Shown here in pieces: positions 56,697 through 64,000 of a stretch of DNA of 64,000 bases; the stretch's first letter is position 1; the number at the start of each line of letters is the position of its first letter. Position numbers and translations under genes: made by a program. Under the pieces are notes generated by a model, which had not been told where the DNA came from, did not search any database, and was given only the letters and a program-made list of their open reading frames with translations. The stretch comes from an uncultured Methanomassiliicoccales archaeon (GTDB taxonomy: Archaea > Thermoplasmatota > Thermoplasmata > Methanomassiliicoccales > UBA472), in the NCBI GenBank assembly GCA_963695345.1, contig OY968769.1, forward strand, positions 448,001 through 512,000, read 5' to 3'.

Positions 56697-57862
56697 AGGT
56701 GGGCATCGTGGGCGGGGCGCTGCAGGGAACGGAAGCGGTCTACCTGTCCCGGAAGGCGGGAATCGAGACGGTCGTGCTCGACCGGAGAAGACGGGCGCCC
56801 GCCATGTCGCTGGCGGATGAGGCGGTGAACGTCGACATCATCAAGGAACCTAGACGGGCCGTACGGGTTTTCGAGGACTGTGACGCCGTCATTCCGGCGA
56901 ACGAGAACTATGAGACGCTGACCGCTCTGGTCAAGCAGTTCGAGAATATCGATGTCCCGCTCATGTTCGACATGGAGTCATACGACCTCTCGTCATCCAA
57001 GGTCCGCTCCAATGAGATGATGAGGAAGCTCAACATCCCCATGCCCGGGGATTGGCCGGGATGCGGGTTCCCGGCCGTGGTGAAGCCTTCCGGTCAAAGC
57101 GGCAGCACCGGCGTCGTGAAGGCGACCGACCAGCAGCAGCTGGAGGAAGGGATGGACCGGGTGCGGAGCATTGGCGACGATTGTGTGGTGCAGGAGTTCG
57201 TTGAAGGTCCAAACATATCCGTGGAGGTCATCGGGAACGGTATCGAGATGGTGCCCCTGGTCATCACCGAGGTAGTTTTGGACGACCAGTACGACTGCAA
57301 GATGGTCCGTTCCCCCTACCGAAAGCTCGATGCGGATACCGAGCTCATCTTCCTGGCGGCCAGCGAAAAGATGGCCCAGAGCATGACCCTCAACGGCATA
57401 ATGGATGTGGAGGCGATCGTCAAGGACGGCCTCCCAAAGGTCCTGGAAATTGATGCCCGGATACCTAGCCAGACCCCGGCGGCGGTGCTCGGTTCGAGCG
57501 GTATCAACATCATGTCGATGCTGACGGATTCCTTTGTCAAGGGAAAACTGGAAAAACCCAGACCGACAAGGGAAGGATCGGCCTTCTATGAACATATCGT
57601 CGTCAGCGGCAAGACCATGAGGTCCTGCGGCGAAGGCGTGTTCGCCGAGGTGGACCAGCCCGAGCTAATGCCCGGTCTATTCGGCTCTGACGAGATGATC
57701 ACCGATTACAGGCCAGGGAAGAAGAAGTGGAGGGCCACCATCATAAACTCCGGTCCCTCCGAAGAGAGTGCCTGGCATAAGCGGCTGGCCTGCCTATGGG
57801 AGATCATGGAGCAGACCGGAGTGACGAGATACATCAACCCAACACCGGAGGCAGTGAAATGA
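56693..57862 (+). CDS. pylC: 3-methylornithine--L-lysine ligase
   Basis: GGALQGTE, KPSGQSGS, EIDARIPSQTP. Confidence 0.95.
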   Translation: MKVGIVGGALQGTEAVYLSRKAGIETVVLDRRRRAPAMSLADEAVNVDIIKEPRRAVRVFEDCDAVIPANENYETLTALVKQFENIDVPLMFDMESYDLSSSKVRSNEMMRKLNIPMPGDWPGCGFPAVVKPSGQSGSTGVVKATDQQQLEEGMDRVRSIGDDCVVQEFVEGPNISVEVIGNGIEMVPLVITEVVLDDQYDCKMVRSPYRKLDADTELIFLAASEKMAQSMTLNGIMDVEAIVKDGLPKVLEIDARIPSQTPAAVLGSSGINIMSMLTDSFVKGKLEKPRPTREGSAFYEHIVVSGKTMRSCGEGVFAEVDQPELMPGLFGSDEMITDYRPGKKKWRATIINSGPSEESAWHKRLACLWEIMEQTGVTRYINPTPEAVK

Positions 57863-58719
57863 CCCGTTTGACCTATGAGATGATAGAGAACGTCCCGGAC
57901 AGCATGGGTCTTCGCGATGAGCGGCTGAGACACGACCTGGGCATGAACATGAAAGGCCTGGCCTACCTGGCCCTCGGACTCGAGGACGGCGACCTGAACC
58001 TGACCGGCTTCAAAATGGCGGCGGTTCCGGTCACCAGCGGTAAGGGCGTCACCCCGGGCTTTTGCGAATCGGTGTGCGCGATCACCTCGCATCTTGGCAT
58101 GAAAAGCCATGTCACCGAGGGAACGGACGTGACCGGATTCTATCAGGCGATGGAAGCGGGAGCGGACATCGTCTTCATGGCGGACGATCAGGAGTTCGTA
58201 GCTGTCAACATGAGGGAACGAAGGGCAGCGGACAATACGCACTCGACGGCTTTGGGGTACTTCACGGCACTGAAGAGGGCTGTGGGCCCCCTGAAGGGGA
58301 AGGCCGTGCTGGTCATCGGCGCAGGGAGAGTAGGCAGTTGCGCTATCGACCTCCTCGCGGACGAACGGGCTACCATAACGGTGATCGATCCGGACGTTGC
58401 GAAGATAGAGGCGGTGAGAAGGAGATACCCCGAAATCAAAGCGGTGCATGATCTGGAAATGGCGGTCTCCGGGGCGGGCGCCATTCTCAATGCCTCCCCA
58501 GCAAGGATCAAAGGCGAATGGATCCAGGAAGGCGCGGTCATCTCATCCCCGGGAATGCCTTACTCATTTGATGACCTGGGAGAATCCAAGGCCCGGGTTC
58601 TGGTGCACGATCCGCTGCAGATAGGTGTGTCCGTAATGGCTGCCTGGAGCGCCAGCTATTCGATGCATCGTAAGCCGAAGAACATTGCCTGGGCCCATGC
58701 CATAGAGGTCATCCAATGA
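57859..58719 (+). CDS. pylD: Pyrrolysine synthase (dehydrogenase)
   Basis: MTRL, VPVTSGKG, MADD, GAGRVG, HDPLQIG. Confidence 0.95.
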   Translation: MTRLTYEMIENVPDSMGLRDERLRHDLGMNMKGLAYLALGLEDGDLNLTGFKMAAVPVTSGKGVTPGFCESVCAITSHLGMKSHVTEGTDVTGFYQAMEAGADIVFMADDQEFVAVNMRERRAADNTHSTALGYFTALKRAVGPLKGKAVLVIGAGRVGSCAIDLLADERATITVIDPDVAKIEAVRRRYPEIKAVHDLEMAVSGAGAILNASPARIKGEWIQEGAVISSPGMPYSFDDLGESKARVLVHDPLQIGVSVMAAWSASYSMHRKPKNIAWAHAIEVIQ

Positions 58720-60350
58720 CCAAATACGGCATCGCCCTGGACATAGGGACCAGCGGGTTCCGGGCCCAGGCCATCGACCTGGAGAGCAACGAGGTCATCT
58801 CGACGGCGATCACCATAAGGCATCCCATCCCGGGAGCGAACGTGATCGACCACGTCAATTTCGCGGTGGTGGCCGGAAAGGACGAGACCCATCGCCTCAT
58901 GACCGATTCCATCAACCGGCTCCTGGAGAAGCTGGACATCGACCTGGCCAAGGTGGAGCGGATGGCGGTATGCGGAAATCCGTTCCAGCTCTCCCTGTTC
59001 CAGAACATCGAGATCCGAGACCTGGCATATGCCGGGAAGAACATGCTAGATAGGTTGGGGGTAGTGCCCCCCAAGAGGGATGGGGAAATCGTCAAGGCGA
59101 AGGACCTGGACTTGAACCTTTCCCCGGAAACCATGGTGATGATACCCCCGGCGGTCAGCCACGAGATCGGGGCAGACGCGCTGGCCATGCTGCTTATGAC
59201 CGGGATAATGGACCAGAAGGAGCCTTGCCTGGTCATCGACTACGGCACCAACGCGGAGATGGCGCTGGTCGTCAATGGGAACGTCTATTCGGGCTCGGCG
59301 GCGGCCGGGCCTGCCCTGGAAGGACAGCAGGTGGAGATGGGCATGCTGGCGGCACCCGGGGCCATATGTGACGTGAACATCGAACCGGAAGGATGGCACT
59401 GTTCGGTCCTCGATGACGGGTTCATGGCCCTGGAAGGGGACACCATGGATCCGATAGATGGCAGAAGGACCCTGACCGGGAAGATGCATGGTAAGGCCAC
59501 CGGCATCACCGGAACCGGGTTGATAGCGGCGATCGCCAGCGGGATCAGGTCAGGATTGATCGTGCCGCCCAACATCAAGACCCCGGACCATCGTCTGCAT
59601 CTGCAGGATGGAGTGTACATCACGGAGAACGATGTCTCGGAGGCGGGAAAGGCGATCGGGGCCATCAGGGCCGGGTTCCTGACCCTCATGTTAGAGGCGG
59701 GTCTCTGGACAAAGGATGTCAGGACGGCGTTCATGTCAGGGGCCTCTGGACTGTACGTCGACGCGGTGAAGGCGCAGAGCATCGGGTTGGTGCCTCCCGA
59801 GAGCGATCACATCATCCAGCTGGGCAACACCTCACTAGCCATGGCAAGGGAGCTGGTCCTGCGGCCGGAGAGGTTCCAGGAGATGAAATCGTTCGCCAAG
59901 GAGCTGAGGGCCAGCCATTGCATGTTCGCCACCTCGGAGAGGTTCAAGAACATATATTCCATCGAGCTCTCGCTGTGGTACTACTCGATGCCCATGTCGG
60001 CATACAGCGATATGCTGGCCATCTACAAGCTTCCGCCTCTTCCGGCCCAGGCGGCTCACGTCGACGTCGAGAGAAGGATGAGCCGTGACATACCGGACCT
60101 GGGCCGAAAGGGCATCACCATACTGAGGGATATCGGGGTTTCCCTCGAATCCTATCTGGAAGGATGTATCCAATGCGGTAAGTGTTCCGAGGAATGCCCG
60201 GAGGGTGCCATAAGCATCATCGAGACCGGAGACGCATTGAAAGCGGTCATCCGGTCGGAGCTCTGCTCCGGTACGGCCTGCCGCAGATGCGAACAGACCT
60301 GCCCGACCCAGTCGATCAATTTCAACGGCATGAGGGCGAACCGCGGCTGA
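58716..60350 (+). CDS. ramA: Methylamine corrinoid protein reductive activase
   Basis: DIGTSGFR, HPIPGANV, DYGTNAE, GSAAAGPA, C-terminal ferredoxin Cys clusters. Confidence 0.93.
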   Translation: MTKYGIALDIGTSGFRAQAIDLESNEVISTAITIRHPIPGANVIDHVNFAVVAGKDETHRLMTDSINRLLEKLDIDLAKVERMAVCGNPFQLSLFQNIEIRDLAYAGKNMLDRLGVVPPKRDGEIVKAKDLDLNLSPETMVMIPPAVSHEIGADALAMLLMTGIMDQKEPCLVIDYGTNAEMALVVNGNVYSGSAAAGPALEGQQVEMGMLAAPGAICDVNIEPEGWHCSVLDDGFMALEGDTMDPIDGRRTLTGKMHGKATGITGTGLIAAIASGIRSGLIVPPNIKTPDHRLHLQDGVYITENDVSEAGKAIGAIRAGFLTLMLEAGLWTKDVRTAFMSGASGLYVDAVKAQSIGLVPPESDHIIQLGNTSLAMARELVLRPERFQEMKSFAKELRASHCMFATSERFKNIYSIELSLWYYSMPMSAYSDMLAIYKLPPLPAQAAHVDVERRMSRDIPDLGRKGITILRDIGVSLESYLEGCIQCGKCSEECPEGAISIIETGDALKAVIRSELCSGTACRRCEQTCPTQSINFNGMRANRG

Positions 60351-60369
60351 CGGGAGTGGGGGATAGACG

Positions 60370-61383
60370 TTGTGCGAGGAGGGAGGCCTGAACAGATGGG
60401 AGAGCACCCAGCCTATGGTCTTGATGTTGGCCATGGTAATCGGGTTGGTGGCTGGAAACTTCATCGGCGGCGCATGGAACGACAGCAACTCCATCATCTA
60501 TGTCAGCCTCATCCTGCTGGTCTACGGGATTGCCCTCGGTACGCCGTTGAGTGCGGTCGCCAGGTCATACAAGAACCGACGGTTCATCGCCATCGCCCTG
60601 ATCGAGAACTTTGTGGTCATTCCCATCATAGGTTTCGTCCTGGCGCTGGGATTCCTCTACTCAACGCCGCTGATATTCGTGGGTTTCATACTCTATGTGG
60701 TCAATCCGTGCACAGATTGGTTCCTGGTCTTCACTGGAATGGCTAAAGGGGATGTCCCGCTGGGCTTGGCCCTCCTCCCCATCAATCTGATCGTCCAGAT
60801 ATTGCTGATCCCGGTGTTCCTCCTGCTTTTCGCGGGCGAGCTGATCACCATCCCGCTTTGGGCGTTCGTGGAAACGTCGGCCGTATTCATCGCGATCCCT
60901 TTCGCCGGTGCGGTCGCGACGAACTGGACGGTGATCCGTTCCAAAGGGATGGACTGGAAGGGCAGGCACATGGGCAAGACCCCGATCCAGATCCAGACCA
61001 TAACCTTGGCCGTGATCATCTTCTTCATGTTCGGGAGCCAGACGCCCATCATCCTCGACAACTTGGTGCCTCTGTCGGTTGTGCTGGTGCCGGTGGCGAT
61101 CTTCATCGTCGCATCCTATCTGGTCGCCAGGTCGGTGGGGATATGGGCCAGACTGAACTATGAGGAGTATGCCCTCCTGACGTGCACGACGATCGCACGC
61201 AACTCGCCGCTGGCGCTGGCGATATCCTATGGACTCTTCCCCGGGGAGCCGCTCATTCAGGTGGCCATCATAATCGGCGTCCTGGTGGAGCTCCCGGCAT
61301 TGGTGCTGGTGGTGAAGGTCCTTAGGAAGGGCAGGGAAGGATACTCGTGCCGGGTGAAGGCGGAGACATCTGGCGGAATATAA
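60370..61383 (+). CDS. ACR3/bile acid:sodium symporter (BART) family transporter
   Basis: NPCTDWFLVFTG, LPINL, ARNSPLALAI, LVELP; ~10 TM segments. Confidence 0.78.
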   Translation: MCEEGGLNRWESTQPMVLMLAMVIGLVAGNFIGGAWNDSNSIIYVSLILLVYGIALGTPLSAVARSYKNRRFIAIALIENFVVIPIIGFVLALGFLYSTPLIFVGFILYVVNPCTDWFLVFTGMAKGDVPLGLALLPINLIVQILLIPVFLLLFAGELITIPLWAFVETSAVFIAIPFAGAVATNWTVIRSKGMDWKGRHMGKTPIQIQTITLAVIIFFMFGSQTPIILDNLVPLSVVLVPVAIFIVASYLVARSVGIWARLNYEEYALLTCTTIARNSPLALAISYGLFPGEPLIQVAIIIGVLVELPALVLVVKVLRKGREGYSCRVKAETSGGI

Positions 61384-61389
61384 TAAACG

Positions 61390-63396
61390 GTGAGTCAAAT
61401 GAAACTGGGATTGGGCATTGATACGGGCGGAACCTTCACGGACAGCGTGATCATGGACCTGGAGAACGGTCAGGTCATCAGAAAATCCAAGGCCCTCACG
61501 ACAAGGGAGGACCTGGCGATAGGGATAAAGAACTCCCTGTCATCCCTGGGGGAGATGGATATGGGGCAGGTGCGCCTGGTCTCCCTGTCATCGACCCTGG
61601 CGACCAATTCGGTGGTCGAAGGCAAGGGCTGCCGTGTGGCATTGGTCATGATCGGCATGGAACGACGGGAATTCATGCCGGTGGACCACTTCGTGGAGGT
61701 GGCTGGCGGCCACTCGCTCCAAGGCCTGGAACAACAGGTGCTGGATACGGAAAAGGTCGAGGGGTTCATCGAGTCCGTCTCCGGCAAGGTGGACGCCTTC
61801 GCCGTCTCTGGCCTGTTGAGCATCAGGAATCCGGAGCACGAGCTGAAGGTCAAGGACCTGATCGCGGCCAGGTGCTCCCTTCCAGTGGTATGCGGCCATG
61901 AACTGTCATCACAGCTCGGATTCTACGAAAGGACCATCACCGCAGTGCTCAACGCCAAACTGATACCCATAATCGCTGAACTTATCGCCGCCGTCAAGGG
62001 AGTGCTGAATGAACATGGCGTGACCGCTCCCCTGATGATCGTGAAGGGCGATGGCTCGCTCATGAGCGAGAGCATGGCGGCGACGCGTCCGGTGGAGACC
62101 GTGCTTTCCGGCCCGGCCGCAAGCATAGTCGGGGCCAAGTTCCTGACCAAAGAGAAGGACGCGGTAATAGTGGACGTCGGGGGAACCACCACCGACATCG
62201 GCATACTGAGGAACGGCAAGCCCCGGTTGGACCCAGAAGGGGCGCTTATCGGCGGGTGGAGGACTCGGGTCAAGGCGGTAGACATCATGACCTCTGGCAT
62301 AGGTGGTGACAGCCGGATAATCGTCACCAAGGACGGTTTCAGACTGTCGCCGCTCCGGGTAGTGCCGCTGTGCGTCGCCTCGAGGATATATCCGCAGATC
62401 GTCGAAAGCCTGAAGGCCACACTATCGAACTTCCCGCGACAGAGGACCCGATACTACGACGCGAACCTGATCCCCCAGCTGGTGGAGTTCTTCATCTTCT
62501 CGAAGGATGTGCCAGGCATCGATCTTTCGCCGATGGACAGGGCTCTCATCGCCACCGTCAAGAAAGGGCCTATCACGATATTCGGGATCGCCGAGGTCAC
62601 CGGGATCGACCCGTACGCGTACAGCGTCAGGCATCTGGAGGAGCTCGGGATGGTCGCCAGGATCGGCCTCACGCCGACCGATATCCTCCATGCCAACGGC
62701 TCCTATGTGGAGTTCGACAAGGAGGCTTCGGACCTTGGGGTGGAGATACAGTCGAAGGTCATGTCCACCAGCCCAGGCGAGTTCTGCGCCATGGTGAAGC
62801 AAGGGACCATCGACAAGATCGCCAAGGAAGTGCTGCTGAAGCTGATCCAGGAAGATCCGAGGTACGAGGCGGACAACGAACTGAGCCGGCGTTTCATCCA
62901 CAAGCTCGTCACCAGGGAGATGGGCATCGATTACTCCCTCAACCTCAACCTCAACAAGAAGATCATCGGCATAGGGGCACCGGTCAGCGCTTACCTCCCC
63001 GATGTGGCGGCGAAGTTCAACACAGATCTTCTGTTGCCGGTGAACTCCGAGGTAGGGAATGCCGTCGGCGCCATCACCGGGACTGTAATGGAGACCGTCG
63101 AGGTCCAGATTAAGCCCAAGGCAGGGATGAGCAACACCGACAATCCCCCATCGGTCATCTTCACCTCGAAGGGTCGGAAGGCCTTCCCCAACTTGGAGGA
63201 GGCAAAGGCCTTCGCCATCGAATTCGCGAACAAGGAGGCGACGGACCTGGCAATGAAGGCCGGTGCCGACAGCGTTGAGCTTGTCTGCGAGGTACGGGAC
63301 GATTACGGAAAGTTGGGCAACAGCTATGGCGATGGCGGGATCCTGCTGGGAACGACAGTGCTGGTCATGGCCGTGGGAAAGCCCAAAATGCATTGA
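61390..63396 (+). CDS. Hydantoinase/oxoprolinase A-like ASKHA ATPase, stand-alone
   Basis: GIDTGGTFTD, STTLATN-like SSTLATN, SGPAAS, DVGGTTTD, GIGGDS, TPTD, NAVGA. Confidence 0.85.
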   Translation: MSQMKLGLGIDTGGTFTDSVIMDLENGQVIRKSKALTTREDLAIGIKNSLSSLGEMDMGQVRLVSLSSTLATNSVVEGKGCRVALVMIGMERREFMPVDHFVEVAGGHSLQGLEQQVLDTEKVEGFIESVSGKVDAFAVSGLLSIRNPEHELKVKDLIAARCSLPVVCGHELSSQLGFYERTITAVLNAKLIPIIAELIAAVKGVLNEHGVTAPLMIVKGDGSLMSESMAATRPVETVLSGPAASIVGAKFLTKEKDAVIVDVGGTTTDIGILRNGKPRLDPEGALIGGWRTRVKAVDIMTSGIGGDSRIIVTKDGFRLSPLRVVPLCVASRIYPQIVESLKATLSNFPRQRTRYYDANLIPQLVEFFIFSKDVPGIDLSPMDRALIATVKKGPITIFGIAEVTGIDPYAYSVRHLEELGMVARIGLTPTDILHANGSYVEFDKEASDLGVEIQSKVMSTSPGEFCAMVKQGTIDKIAKEVLLKLIQEDPRYEADNELSRRFIHKLVTREMGIDYSLNLNLNKKIIGIGAPVSAYLPDVAAKFNTDLLLPVNSEVGNAVGAITGTVMETVEVQIKPKAGMSNTDNPPSVIFTSKGRKAFPNLEEAKAFAIEFANKEATDLAMKAGADSVELVCEVRDDYGKLGNSYGDGGILLGTTVLVMAVGKPKMH

Positions 63397-63493
63397 CCTG
63401 AACGGATACCACACATGGTGCGGCCGTTACTGCTGGGAGCGCCCCCATGACATTAGATTAACCATTGACGTGGATGATACCGGAAGGAAGGAA

Positions 63494-64000
63494 ATGAACG
63501 TCGAAGAGATCATCGGGTTCCTTGAATCGAACAAGAGCGAGGTCAACCGGGAAGGTATGTCACGATACGGCATCAAGGTCGACCGGGCCTTCGGGATATC
63601 GATGGTCGACCTCCGCTCCCTGGCCAAGAAGATCGGGAAGGACCACCAGCTGGCCCTTGACCTGTGGGAGACGGGGTTCCATGAGGCAAGGATAATGGCG
63701 ACCGTCATCGACATACCGGCCCAGGTTACCGTTGACCAGATGGAGCGATGGGTCGCCCAGTTCGATTCCTGGGACATATGCGACCAGTGCTGCAGCAATC
63801 TCTTCTCCCGGACGCCGTTCGCGGTCACGAAGGCAAAGCAGTGGGCTTTGCGTGACGAAGAGTACGTAAAACGCGCTGGCTTCGTGATGATGGCGGCCTT
63901 GGCGGTCCATGACAAGAAGGCTCCGAACGAGCTGTTCCTTGATCTCCTCAGGACTATCGATTCCGATGCCGCGGACGACGACCGGCCATTCGTGAAAAAG
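63494..64000 (+). CDS. DNA alkylation repair protein (AlkD-like), runs off the window edge
   Basis: Manual translation MNVEEII...LRSLAKKIGKDHQLALDLWETGFHEAR...FDSWDICD...EYVKRAGF. Confidence 0.8.
   Translation, partial: MNVEEIIGFLESNKSEVNREGMSRYGIKVDRAFGISMVDLRSLAKKIGKDHQLALDLWETGFHEARIMATVIDIPAQVTVDQMERWVAQFDSWDICDQCCSNLFSRTPFAVTKAKQWALRDEEYVKRAGFVMMAALAVHDKKAPNELFLDLLRTIDSDAADDDRPFVKK

Overview
Archaeal chromosomal window, most consistent with a Methanomassiliicoccales methanogen (N-terminally truncated PylRS, C37/broken-stem tRNA-Pyl, folC+glyA, rpl40e, RFC, ABCE1). Bases 1-35 kb are housekeeping genes (nth, folC, nikR, topA, pncB, eno, rfcS, glyA, ribB/L/C/H, ftsZ, metG, ABCE1, fprA). 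Many carry single-base frameshifts that look like sequencing/assembly indels. Bases 35.8-64 kb are a methylamine/pyrrolysine island: amtB-glnK, an orphan corrinoid protein + DUF1638, two convergent mtmC-mtmB pairs, an AT-richer mtbC-mtbB-permease cassette, an IS1182-family element, a 5'-truncated second mtbB, mttB-mttC-mttP, pylT-pylS-pylB-pylC-pylD-ramA, then ACR3-like, hydantoinase-A-like and AlkD-like genes. The ORF track splits mtmB, mtbB and mttB at in-frame TAG (pyrrolysine) codons. Most striking unexplained signals: (1) all five Pyl codons, in three unrelated protein families, sit in the same 10-mer GG(C/A)ATATAGG, which none of the ~10 terminating TAGs has; (2) the IS transposase has an in-frame amber; (3) the pyl-ramA operon continues into uncharacterised genes.
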